DNA of 64,000 nt. It comes from a virus (taxonomy: Duplodnaviria > Caudoviricetes). The notes below the pieces were generated by a model. It did no database searches. It saw only the letters and a list, made by a program, of their open reading frames with translations, and had not been told where the DNA came from. Shown here one piece after another: positions 25,065-33,842 of this stretch; the first letter of the stretch is position 1, and every line of letters begins with the position of its first letter. The position numbers and the translations under genes were made by a program. The stretch is taken from the IMG/VR virus record IMGVR_UViG_3300025789_000018; one strand, given 5' to 3'.

Positions 25065-25097
25065 AAGGGCACCTCCTTGTTATTATTTATAATAAAT

Positions 25098-25130
25098 CAG
25101 TGCGCTGCATTACCGTCCTGCCCATCTTCC
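25098..25130 (-). pseudogene. orphan 5' half of a tRNA-Ser
   Basis: GGAAGAT-GG-GCA-GGACGGTAA-TGC-A-GCGCA-CTG; GGAAGAT is the perfect partner of ATCTTCC at the 3' end of 24391-24482. Confidence 0.75.
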
Positions 25131-25140
25131 AACAGTTTAT

Positions 25141-25314
25141 TTAGTATGGAATAAACTCATCAGTAGGTAAACCAACGGGCGAATCAACAGAATAGATACC
25201 ACCGAATGACATGTTACCAACAGCATCCCATGCCTCTTCAACAGTGTTACACTCTGTTCTTTCAGTACCCTTGAAGGAATGTGTCACCACAACGTAGTTT
25301 GGCTTCTTATCCAT
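25141..25314 (-). CDS. hypothetical protein
   Basis: 57 aa from MDKKP. Confidence 0.5.
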   Translation of the reverse strand: MDKKPNYVVVTHSFKGTERTECNTVEEAWDAVGNMSFGGIYSVDSPVGLPTDEFIPY

Positions 25315-25931
25315 TAGTTGGGTCCACTTCCATTGCCCCAAGCCTTACCAACAGGTGCATAACCAGTATCAGCCCAACGCTTCTGAATACGTGCTTCCAC
25401 TTCTTCAAAAGACAGAGGCTCATAGTTGGTGTGTTCAACCGAGACGCACAGATACCTCGGATCAGGTTCTTGCATATGTCGAAGTTCTGGAACTTGCATC
25501 CGTCGCATAACTTCATTTGCATGAAGATGTCCATGAACGTTGACGCGGAAACGTTCTGACACACAATCGGGGTGAAGTGGAATATGGCTCAAAATGAACT
25601 GGTCCACAAACACCCGAACACCATACAGGCTATCAAACCCAGCATCACGATAATCTTGATCCTTGAAGATATCATGGTTGCCGCGAACCAGACGCTTCTT
25701 GCCGTTCAGGCGCTTGACATGATGCAGAGACTTGCGATTGATAACAACATCGCCCAGATGATACACCGTGTCATTAGGACCGACCTTAGCGTTCCAACGC
25801 TCTACCATCGTTTCGTCCATTTCCTCAGTGGAAGTGAACGGGCGAAGAGGCTCGCCGTTGGGCAGCTTGAACTTTTCCCAAGAGTTGGTGTGACCAAAGT
25901 GAGTGTCAGAGATTACAAAACGATTAGACAT
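25314..25931 (-). CDS. calcineurin-like metallophosphoesterase
   Basis: ISDTHFGH, YHLGDV, RGNHD, LSHIP, NVHGHLH; real start MSNRF. Confidence 0.92.
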   Translation of the reverse strand: MSNRFVISDTHFGHTNSWEKFKLPNGEPLRPFTSTEEMDETMVERWNAKVGPNDTVYHLGDVVINRKSLHHVKRLNGKKRLVRGNHDIFKDQDYRDAGFDSLYGVRVFVDQFILSHIPLHPDCVSERFRVNVHGHLHANEVMRRMQVPELRHMQEPDPRYLCVSVEHTNYEPLSFEEVEARIQKRWADTGYAPVGKAWGNGSGPN

Positions 25932-25945
25932 TATAAATTCCTTCT

Positions 25946-26019
25946 TGGCACAGGAGGTAGGAGTCGAACCCACGCTTGCTGGGTTGGAGCCAGCCGTGCT
26001 ACCATAACACTTCCCCTGC
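25946..26019 (-). tRNA. tRNA-Gly(UCC)
   Basis: Cloverleaf, CT-TCC-type loop CTCCAAC region, CCA. Confidence 0.88.
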
Positions 26020-26048
26020 ATTATGCATATTTTATTTAATAAAGTCAA
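26020..26048 (-). promoter_or_regulatory. sigma70-type promoter
   Basis: TTGACT-17-CATAAT. Confidence 0.6.
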
Positions 26049-26057
26049 GCTAAAATT

Positions 26058-26148
26058 TGGTGCGCCCGTCGAGACTTGAACTCGAACCAACCCCTAATCT
26101 GGGCATCCGGGATATAAATCCGGTCGTGCTACCTTACACTACAAGCGC
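26058..26148 (-). tRNA. atypical tRNA, best read as Ile(UAU), long variable arm
   Basis: Acceptor GCGCTTG/CGGGCGC, CCGG-A-TTTATAT-C-CCGG anticodon arm, about 21-nt variable arm, TCGAG-TTCAAGT-CTCGA, CCA. Confidence 0.65.
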
Positions 26149-26155
26149 ATTTATA

Positions 26156-26231
26156 TGGTGGAACCAGTCGGACTCGAACCGACCACCTTCTGCGTGCAAG
26201 GCAGACGCTCTCCCAGATGAGCTATGGCCCC
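26156..26231 (-). tRNA. tRNA-Ala(UGC)
   Basis: G3-U70 acceptor GGGGCCA/TGGTTCC, CT-TGC-AC, CCA. Confidence 0.95.
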
Positions 26232-26295
26232 ATAAACTTATTTATCAATTTCAGTAACTAGTATGATACCGTTTCAAACACCGCGCGACAGAATA

Positions 26296-26372
26296 TGGTA
26301 CACCGAGAGGGACTTGAACCCCCAACCTATCCGTTATGAGCGGACAGCTCTAACCAATTGAGCTATCGGTGC
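26296..26372 (-). tRNA. tRNA with CAU anticodon (Ile2 or Met)
   Basis: Cloverleaf, CT-CAT-AA, CCA. Confidence 0.9.
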
Positions 26373-26377
26373 ATTAT

Positions 26378-26788
26378 TTAGTTAAAATCAACAGACTTTA
26401 CGATTTCTTTATATCCATTAGCATTAGGATGAATCTTATCAGAAGATAAATGCCGAACAGGAATCACAACATCTCCATACTCTTTAGCAATAGCAAAGAT
26501 TATATGATTACTGTGGTCAACATTATATGAAGGAAGTATCCAGTAAACCTTTTTACTATGAACTTCTTTACGCATCTTTTCTAATTCATCACGAGTATGA
26601 ATATAGTTGCCATCATTAGTTCCCAAACTTATAACAACTATACCTGCTGTTAATGGCTTAGTCAAGTACTTTTTATTCCAATCTTTAGAATTTATTCCTA
26701 CTTGTGCATACGATATGCATTGCTTAGGAGCAAACATAGCAGTACCAACAGCGATACTATCGCCAAGAATAAGACAAGGAAACATCAA
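26378..26788 (-). CDS. SGNH/GDSL hydrolase-like protein
   Basis: ILGDSIAVG block I, SLGTND block III, DxIHP block V. Confidence 0.85.
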   Translation of the reverse strand: MMFPCLILGDSIAVGTAMFAPKQCISYAQVGINSKDWNKKYLTKPLTAGIVVISLGTNDGNYIHTRDELEKMRKEVHSKKVYWILPSYNVDHSNHIIFAIAKEYGDVVIPVRHLSSDKIHPNANGYKEIVKSVDFN

Positions 26789-27513
26789 AATTCAATAACA
26801 GCATCATGAATGTGATAAGTCTTGGTATACTTGTGCTTATTCACCACATTATCCCACCAACATTCTGGCGGAAGAATATTGCGTCGTTCAGCCTGTTCAT
26901 GCTTCATAGTCTGCGACTTACCACGAACAACACCAACAATAGGATTAGGAACAACAATAGTGCGCTTTAGACCAAGCAGATTGTTGATGCTAATAACACC
27001 ATCGATGGGCATGGGCATCTTACGTTGAAGCATATCCAGACACTTCTGTGCAGTATTGGCAGTGATCCCATAGCCATGAGTACCAAAGAACCGAGGAACT
27101 ATAAACTGTTCAAACTCAGGATTCTCTGGAACTTCATAATCATCAGCACTATCCATACGATAGCCAAGGAAACTCAAATAGCCATCTTCAACATTGACCT
27201 TACGTAGATCAGTTTTGACAATAGCATCATGTTCCAGAACAGCTACAGTCTGCCCTTCATCAGCAATCTTTTCCCACATAAAGGCATGACCAAAGGAACA
27301 CATATACTCCTTACGCCAATCAGGATTGTAGTGAAAGCGATCAATATCCCAGTCGTAAATTTCTTTAATGTCGTCAATAGAACAATTTTCAACACCAAGA
27401 AACAATTCATAAGGGACACCGAACTTCTCGCACGATTCTGCGCATTCATTAGCGTATTGCACAGATGCGTCATTCGACGTATGTAGAATCAAAGCCTTTT
27501 CAATAAACGACAT
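26785..27513 (-). CDS. glycosyltransferase family 25-like protein
   Basis: CSFGHAFMWEKI, VLEHDA, GTHGYGIT...AQK, PIDG. Confidence 0.7.
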   Translation of the reverse strand: MSFIEKALILHTSNDASVQYANECAESCEKFGVPYELFLGVENCSIDDIKEIYDWDIDRFHYNPDWRKEYMCSFGHAFMWEKIADEGQTVAVLEHDAIVKTDLRKVNVEDGYLSFLGYRMDSADDYEVPENPEFEQFIVPRFFGTHGYGITANTAQKCLDMLQRKMPMPIDGVISINNLLGLKRTIVVPNPIVGVVRGKSQTMKHEQAERRNILPPECWWDNVVNKHKYTKTYHIHDAVIEF

Positions 27514-27521
27514 AATACCTC

Positions 27522-27689
27522 TCAATAATAATAAGACAAATAATAATCTGCCCAATCCATCCAATCTTTTTCTTCACGGGAAAGTTTCTTCCCTGTGCGG
27601 TATCTATGATACAGCTCAGAATGCTTCAACTTAATCTTTGAATACCCGTCTGATGCGACAGGAAAATTATAGAATTTGATATCAACCAT
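27522..27689 (-). CDS. hypothetical protein
   Basis: 55 aa from MVDIKF, GGAG SD, promoter upstream. Confidence 0.55.
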   Translation of the reverse strand: MVDIKFYNFPVASDGYSKIKLKHSELYHRYRTGKKLSREEKDWMDWADYYLSYYY

Positions 27690-27716
27690 AACTCCTCCAT
27701 CAGTTATACATATATA

Positions 27717-27745
27717 ATTATACCCCAAAAGCGGCAAAAGGTCAA
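27717..27745 (-). promoter_or_regulatory. sigma70-type promoter
   Basis: TTGACC-17-TATAAT. Confidence 0.7.
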
Positions 27746-27778
27746 GTCCTTTTTACTATTTAGGCCGTTTCTCAAAAA

Positions 27779-27786
27779 TATAAATA
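27779..27786 (+). promoter_or_regulatory. T4 late promoter
   Basis: TATAAATA upstream of the plus-strand structural gene. Confidence 0.7.
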
Positions 27787-27831
27787 GATGGAAGATACAC
27801 TCTTATTTTGATAAATAAAGGATTCGAAAAT

Positions 27832-29595
27832 ATGGCACAGTTTACCGTTGTTAACTCAGCATTCTTAGCAAGTAATAAATCTATCTTTGACGTCGTTATG
27901 TTAGCAGGGGCCAATGGTGGTCTACTTTCGCAAACAACAATGGCTAATGGTTTCCCAATTTCAGGAACCTCAACTTATCTAAATGCTTACCCACCGCAGA
28001 GAATGAATGACGCTCTAGGTCGTGTAAGAATTGCAAAACACCAAAACATCTATGAAGCTGACTTCGAATATGGTCTACAGCCTCTTCGTTGGGAAGCCTT
28101 CACATATAATACAGGCGCTGCTGGTGCGCAGTCATCAATTACTGCACGTTCAGACCTTGGTGGTGTTCAGATGACAATCGGTAACACTGCTGGTGATACC
28201 ACAATCCGTCAGTCTCGTCCATATCAGCGTTATCAGCCAGGTAAGACCATGTTCATGGCTACTGCTATGTGGTTTGGTCCAGCAGCTAACGGACAGCTAC
28301 AGCGCGTAGGCTTCTTTGATGACGGCAACGGCATTTTCTTTGAGCAGGCTAATACAGTTGCAGGCACAACAACAGGAACAAACAACGGAACTGGTATGGG
28401 TGTTGTTCTTCGTTCGGATGTGAGCGGTCTACAATACGCAAACTCCACTCCAGGACAGTATCCGTTCAATACAGACACTCGTATCGAAATGAGTGACTGG
28501 AATGGCGACAAGGCAATTATCAATAGCATTAACTGGAACTCAATCCAGATGATGTGGATGGAATACACATGGTATGGCGCAGGATGTGTGCGTTGGGGTG
28601 TATTCCTTGATGGACAGCCTTACGAACTTCACCGCATGGCAATGGGCAACAAGACTGCAACAAGCACATATCTAGCAAACTCAAGCCCATGGGCAAGAAC
28701 AGGAAACCTGCCTGTTCGTTATGAACAGAGAAACGTTACCAACCAAGCTGGCGCTGGTGCAATCAATAACATGTATCACTTCGGCGTATCGGTTATGGTT
28801 GAAGGTGGTGTTGACCCACAGCGCGGATTTACCTATTCGTATGGTATGTCACCGCAGACTCCACGCAGAACCATTAACGCGGGTGTAACTCGTTATCCTG
28901 TTCTTACAGTCCAAGCCCGTCCTATGGGAACGCAGGAATATGGTTCTCCTGGTCAGGGTATTACCAGCAACTCGGCAATTACTTCGGGTAACTCAACATC
29001 GATTACTGTAACTGGTACTCCTTGGACAGCTAACCAATGGACAGGCCGTTGCATCTATTTCTCGAACAGCAGCGGCGGTAAAGCTATTGCAAGAATTACA
29101 TCAACTAACGCTACATCGATTACGTTCCAGGACAACGTCCTTGGCACAGCAAACTCGACTGGTGTTCCTGCTGGTCTAACTGGTGCGGGTAACACCTACA
29201 TTATTGGTCAGCCTAATCGTGGACAGCTACTTCCGCAGCAGCTTCTTGTATCTTCTGATGCTCTTTGTGTTGTTGAGCTTATCGCTGGCTCACAGGTTAA
29301 CTCTCCTGTAACTCTATCGAACGCCTCGTTTACTCCAATGACAAGCCTTGGTTCTGCTTATTCATTCGGTACTAGAGACGTTTCGGCTAACTCTATGTCT
29401 GGTGGCGAAGTTACCATGGCGTTTACCGCTCCCGCAGGTGGATCTGGTCTACAACAGATTGACTTGAGCAACTTCTTCCCTCTATATAATAATATTAGAG
29501 GATCTTCACCAGATACGCTGACCGTTGCTGTTACTACATCTTCGAGTGCAGCTAACGTTGGTGTTCACATTATTGGTCAGGAAGCTATGTCTTAA
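27832..29595 (+). CDS. probable virion structural protein (G/T/N/S-rich, beta-rich)
   Basis: Late promoter; RQSRPYQRYQPGK...QRVGFFDDGNGIFFE...WYGAGCVRWG block typical of myovirus structural proteins. Confidence 0.7.
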   Translation: MAQFTVVNSAFLASNKSIFDVVMLAGANGGLLSQTTMANGFPISGTSTYLNAYPPQRMNDALGRVRIAKHQNIYEADFEYGLQPLRWEAFTYNTGAAGAQSSITARSDLGGVQMTIGNTAGDTTIRQSRPYQRYQPGKTMFMATAMWFGPAANGQLQRVGFFDDGNGIFFEQANTVAGTTTGTNNGTGMGVVLRSDVSGLQYANSTPGQYPFNTDTRIEMSDWNGDKAIINSINWNSIQMMWMEYTWYGAGCVRWGVFLDGQPYELHRMAMGNKTATSTYLANSSPWARTGNLPVRYEQRNVTNQAGAGAINNMYHFGVSVMVEGGVDPQRGFTYSYGMSPQTPRRTINAGVTRYPVLTVQARPMGTQEYGSPGQGITSNSAITSGNSTSITVTGTPWTANQWTGRCIYFSNSSGGKAIARITSTNATSITFQDNVLGTANSTGVPAGLTGAGNTYIIGQPNRGQLLPQQLLVSSDALCVVELIAGSQVNSPVTLSNASFTPMTSLGSAYSFGTRDVSANSMSGGEVTMAFTAPAGGSGLQQIDLSNFFPLYNNIRGSSPDTLTVAVTTSSSAANVGVHIIGQEAMS

Positions 29596-29989
29596 TAGAC
29601 TTTACGTGTATTGCTGATATTTTGCAGCTGATCCATTCATTGTAATAGCTCTCGCTAAGAATGGCATCGGCTGCAAATATTTCTTTTGATTCGTAATAAG
29701 AGCATTCAGTTCTGTTATAACAGATTCTAACAATTTCTCTACGGAATTGTTCTTTACCAAATTTCTCTATATCTAATTTGAGTGATGGCGAGCTACCGAA
29801 GTAGTCTCGCCAATCACTTTCTACACGGATCTTTTTTCTTTTACCCTTAACAGTTTTATATCCTGCTTTGGTGAAGAACTTTCTTCCGATATATTTCTTA
29901 TTAGTAGGAATGTGAGTAATTAGATAGACAAACCCGTATGACTTCTCAGGAATATCTACTAACTCTTTTCCTTTATAAAGCCAGCTCAC
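29585..29989 (-). CDS. GIY-YIG nuclease-family protein conserved in T4-like phages
   Basis: GFVYLIT...KKYIGRK...ESDWRDYFGSS...FRREI. Confidence 0.8.
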   Translation of the reverse strand: MSWLYKGKELVDIPEKSYGFVYLITHIPTNKKYIGRKFFTKAGYKTVKGKRKKIRVESDWRDYFGSSPSLKLDIEKFGKEQFRREIVRICYNRTECSYYESKEIFAADAILSESYYNEWISCKISAIHVKSIKT

Positions 29990-30150
29990 TCGTCTTCATC
30001 AAATGCAAAATCAGAGTCATCTTGCTCCAGTTCTGATGCACAGAATGGACAAAATTCTATATTTCCACTTGATACTACTGTTAGTATTTTAAATTCAGCA
30101 TCGCATGATTCGCAAGTAATCCAGCTATCCCAATCTTTATCTGAGATCAT
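29986..30150 (-). CDS. small zinc-ribbon protein
   Basis: Manual translation with CESC...FCPFC, 54 aa. Confidence 0.65.
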   Translation of the reverse strand: MISDKDWDSWITCESCDAEFKILTVVSSGNIEFCPFCASELEQDDSDFAFDEDE

Positions 30151-30654
30151 TTATTCCTCCGGTGTTAGTAAATCCTTATAAAGATCCACACCAACACCGC
30201 ATTTAATAAGAAAATCAATGCCAGAGGAATCTTTATACTCCTCTTTATATATAACGTGAGAAATCCGCGCTTGGTAGATTAGTTTTGCGCAACCCATACA
30301 AGGAGCATGGGTAATGAAAAGAATAGCGCCTTCTGACGATTCAGTAGAAGCAGCCAACTTTAATAGAGCGTTAGCTTCTGCATGAAGAACTTCTTCTTTA
30401 GTTTTCAAGTTATACGGTCTACCAGTTTCATCTTGGTAATTCCATATATCATTATCAATGCTCCATTCATTGGCATATATACGATCTTCGCAATTATTAT
30501 CCCAGCCCGATGGAGTACCGTTATATCCAAATGAAAGAATTCGTTTATCTTTCACAATAACACAGCCGACTTGCAGTCTGCGTGCATAAGACAAAGCCGC
30601 CGATTCTTCAGCCACTTTCATAAAATATTTAATGAACTTATCTTTCATAATCAC
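30151..30654 (-). CDS. cd: dCMP deaminase
   Basis: VGCVIVK, GYNGTPSG, LHAEANA, THAPCMGCAKLI. Confidence 0.93.
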   Translation of the reverse strand: MIMKDKFIKYFMKVAEESAALSYARRLQVGCVIVKDKRILSFGYNGTPSGWDNNCEDRIYANEWSIDNDIWNYQDETGRPYNLKTKEEVLHAEANALLKLAASTESSEGAILFITHAPCMGCAKLIYQARISHVIYKEEYKDSSGIDFLIKCGVGVDLYKDLLTPEE

Positions 30655-30845
30655 AACTCTCGATGTATGGTTAAATTCTTTTGTATAGTAATATCTTTAT
30701 TTGACCAAGTCCAGCACTGACCATCGCTATCATTAAAACACACCCACATAAGATCATGTTCTAACCCATAATCTAATAAGAAATGAGCGAACGCTTTGCC
30801 TTTTGGAGTGTTTAATGGTATAGGAGGGTCAAGCTGAAGGATCAC
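30651..30845 (-). CDS. hypothetical protein
   Basis: LxPPIPLxTPKGxAxAHFLxDYG...WVCF...GxCWTW phage motif. Confidence 0.7.
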   Translation of the reverse strand: MILQLDPPIPLNTPKGKAFAHFLLDYGLEHDLMWVCFNDSDGQCWTWSNKDITIQKNLTIHREL

Positions 30846-31480
30846 TTAAAATTAATTCCAGACAGTTTATCTACATCAGCAAGAGTAACTTCTGTTACCA
30901 AAGCCTTTGGTATATTGTTTGCTGTATACGATTTAATTGTGCCATCCTTAAGATATACAATCTTGTAGTATAATGTGGGTACAGGAACTTTATGCGCGCC
31001 TATGGTTTTTGGTGTTGAAGAATATACTGCACCAGTAACAACATATTTTGCAGGCATTTCTCTAACATGAGCCTCAAGCATTCTCCAAGATACTCTATTT
31101 ACTGTAGGTTCTTGAGGCGTCATATTTGTCATCAAAAAAGTATCGTGCATTTGACTTTCGGTTGCAGCGTCTGCAGCTGGAGTGAGATGACCTCTATCAA
31201 ATCCCGTGTTGTTATAATCGGACGGAACAGGAGAGTCCTGCAATCTATCATCTGCGTGGAAGTCGTTGGTTCTTTCCACTTTATTTGTGTGGGGCTGAAA
31301 TACTTCTGTCGAGAATAAGGCAGCTTTATGGGAAATATCGTAGACAGTAGCGTAAAAGTTGTTGCAATAAACTGTTGTATCTGATACTGCAACCTCCTTT
31401 CCATTAGGAAAGAATTGGTCACAAGGAGATGCATAAACAGGAGTTGCCCAAAGTAAAACGGCAAATAGAAGTTTTCTCAT
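30842..31480 (-). CDS. DNA/RNA non-specific endonuclease (NucA family) with signal peptide
   Basis: FDRGHLTPAAD, TFLMTNMTPQ, NRxxWxxLE, VPVPTxYYK; N-terminal hydrophobic leader. Confidence 0.9.
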   Translation of the reverse strand: MRKLLFAVLLWATPVYASPCDQFFPNGKEVAVSDTTVYCNNFYATVYDISHKAALFSTEVFQPHTNKVERTNDFHADDRLQDSPVPSDYNNTGFDRGHLTPAADAATESQMHDTFLMTNMTPQEPTVNRVSWRMLEAHVREMPAKYVVTGAVYSSTPKTIGAHKVPVPTLYYKIVYLKDGTIKSYTANNIPKALVTEVTLADVDKLSGINFK

Positions 31481-32574
31481 AAGGTGAATCCTTTAAACGT
31501 GTTTTCATCTACATCTTTGTTGACGCCACCAATTATATATGATGTGATTTCTGTTTCCTGTGGAGCAACTTGTACATCAGAACCAGCAATCCATTTTTGA
31601 GTCCATGGGAGAGGATTAGCACCAGCCTTACCATTAAGACCAATGTTGCCCATACGTTTGGCAGCAATGTGATCAATATAATCACACAGCAACTGTTCGT
31701 TTAAACCAATCATAGACCCATCTTTGAATAGGTAACGAGCCCACGCCTTTTCCTGTGCAACGACATTATAGAACATGCGTATGCACTCATCCCTTGTCTC
31801 ATCAGCAATTTTCGCAAAGTCAGGATCCTCTTTTGGTAGAATCTTGAGGAGCTGCTGAGTCGAGGCCAAGTGAACATTTTCGTCACGGGCAATGAGTTTG
31901 ATAATCTTGGCGTTGCCTTCCATCTTTTTGACTTCGGCAAATGCCCACGAACAGGCGAACGAGACATAGAATCTTACTCCTTCAAGAGCATTGACAGCAT
32001 TGAGACATAGCCAAAGTGCTGTCTTGTGACCGTATATATTTGGAAGCGAAAAGCCTTGAGTATAACCTCTATATGCTACTTCATTATTAAATGCAATCAA
32101 AGCATCATAATACTTACTGATGTCACCGGCACAGTCTACGATTTCTTGGATGTCAAGCATCCCATCAAAAACTCTAGATGGATCAGAGTAAACATTACGA
32201 ATAATGTGTGTATAAGACCTTGAATGGATTGTTTCACTAAATGCCCACGTTTGAATCCAAGTCTCAAGTTCTGGAAGTGAACAAATAGGAAGAAACGCCA
32301 ATGAAGGAGCGCGGCCTTGTACAGAATCCAAGAGTATCTGACGTTTGAGATTACTCGTAAATATGTGCTTTTCATGTTCATTCAATCCCTTAAAATCTTT
32401 ACCGTCTCGAGACAAATCTATTTCTGTTGGTTGCCAGAAAAAAGAATTTTGTTTTTCTGTTAATTTTTCAAAAATAGGATATTTCTGCCGATCGTATCGG
32501 GCAGTATTAACTGTATTGCCGAAGAAACATGTTTCTTTAGTAGCATCATTATATACAGAATTAAATACTGACAT
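31477..32574 (-). CDS. nrdB: ribonucleotide reductase class Ia beta subunit
   Basis: FFWQPTEIDL, LDSVQGR, SETIHSRSY, EGVRFYVSF, IARDENVH, VAPQETEI..Y. Confidence 0.97.
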   Translation of the reverse strand: MSVFNSVYNDATKETCFFGNTVNTARYDRQKYPIFEKLTEKQNSFFWQPTEIDLSRDGKDFKGLNEHEKHIFTSNLKRQILLDSVQGRAPSLAFLPICSLPELETWIQTWAFSETIHSRSYTHIIRNVYSDPSRVFDGMLDIQEIVDCAGDISKYYDALIAFNNEVAYRGYTQGFSLPNIYGHKTALWLCLNAVNALEGVRFYVSFACSWAFAEVKKMEGNAKIIKLIARDENVHLASTQQLLKILPKEDPDFAKIADETRDECIRMFYNVVAQEKAWARYLFKDGSMIGLNEQLLCDYIDHIAAKRMGNIGLNGKAGANPLPWTQKWIAGSDVQVAPQETEITSYIIGGVNKDVDENTFKGFTL

Positions 32575-33142
32575 TAATATGTACCTTCATATGATTTTTG
32601 ACATTAGCTTTTGTTATTTCTTTACCACAAACTTCGCATTGAACTCTTGGTCTGTTCTTTGCTGCTTCTGATATGTTTTTAGCATGGGATTCTGATTTAG
32701 ATTTGAAGTACCCTGTTTTGTTTAATTTTGGTCTAGAAGCTCTTCTTTTTTGTTCTTCAGAGAATTTTTCTGGGTCATTTTCTCGTCGTTTACGTATAGA
32801 ATTCCTCATCTTAATTTTAGATTCTTCTGTATGGAAACGTCCTGTATGGTCTATAGAATTCTGCTGAGAAAATTTTCTTTTTATCCACCCATATGATTTG
32901 TTATTTCTATTTGCCATCATATTTGCAGCATATATTAGTTTATATTCGTTTGGATATATTTTTACTAGCAATAGATGCGCTATATAGTGTTCTTCTGGAA
33001 GAAGATATACTAAATTATCAGAATCGTCATTACCATCCATACACTTAGGAATGATATGGTGCTGTTCATAGTATTTTTGTTTATCTTTCGTTCTATCTAT
33101 GGATTTTTGGATTAATTTGTTATAGTGTGAGCGATAGTCCAT
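32561..33142 (-). mobile_element. mobE: free-standing HNH homing endonuclease (MobE-like) between nrdA and nrdB
   Basis: YYEQHHIIPKCMDG.DD..NLV.L.PEEHYIAH.LL.KIYP; paralog of 20937-21566; T4 mobE position. Confidence 0.8.
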
Positions 33143-33185
33143 ACAAAAATCTCCTTTACTTTATTTATGAGCCAGAAGAATCCTA

Positions 33186-33674
33186 TTATGGAATACGGAC
33201 ATTTATTTCTTTCTCCATTAGAAAACCATGCTTGTTATGGTCGTAATAGTGTTTTAATAATTTAAGATTGGCAAATCCTAACGATTCATATAGCTTTCTA
33301 GCAGCGATATTATCTTCGCGAACATGTAGCCTTGCATACTTATACTTCATTGTATTGATGAAGTCAAGCACGTTTTCAACAATAATGCGGCCATACCCTT
33401 TGCCGCGATGAGCTTCGGATATGGCCACACTTTGTATATACGTATATCTTCGTTTGCGAATTATCCAGCAGTAACCAATTACTATTTCTGGATTACTCTG
33501 AATAAAAATAGGAGACTTCACAGTTAAGATGAATATCTCATTATCATTAAGAGCCAATTTAATATCTTTTTTGCGAATGATTATGTTCGCATCAAAAGAA
33601 GTCTTTTCTATTGCATAAATTTCTTTAAGATGCTCTTTTGTAGCGAGCTTAAAGGATGGGTTATAGAGCGCCAC
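33186..33674 (-). CDS. GNAT acetyltransferase (RimI-like)
   Basis: IQSVAI...HRGKGYG, LHVREDN..A..LYESLGF. Confidence 0.88.
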   Translation of the reverse strand: MALYNPSFKLATKEHLKEIYAIEKTSFDANIIIRKKDIKLALNDNEIFILTVKSPIFIQSNPEIVIGYCWIIRKRRYTYIQSVAISEAHRGKGYGRIIVENVLDFINTMKYKYARLHVREDNIAARKLYESLGFANLKLLKHYYDHNKHGFLMEKEINVRIP

Positions 33675-33825
33675 TATCTTCGCTAATTACTTCTATAGAG
33701 TATTCAGGAACTTCATTTAGCTTCAGCAAACCCTTATATTCTACAACAAGAGAATTCTTGGGTGTATGGAAATCAATGAGTTCTGAATCATCTAGATGGG
33801 TAGGTGTAACGGTAACATATTCCAT
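33661..33825 (-). CDS. hypothetical protein
   Basis: Manual translation MEYVTVTP..., 54 aa, AGGAG SD. Confidence 0.5.
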   Translation of the reverse strand: MEYVTVTPTHLDDSELIDFHTPKNSLVVEYKGLLKLNEVPEYSIEVISEDSGAL

Positions 33826-33842
33826 TTTATATCTCCTAAAAT

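Noticed and set aside
25932-26090. 5' extension of the 258-aa ORF and other ORF-track calls over tRNAs (e.g. 23013-23528, 26057-26257)
   Set aside because: They overlap tRNA genes; the phosphoesterase motifs start at MSNRF (25931)
26058-26148. Ochre (UUA-anticodon) suppressor reading and genetic-code reassignment
   Set aside because: That register breaks the anticodon stem; core genes end in normal TAA, TGA or TAG and are full length
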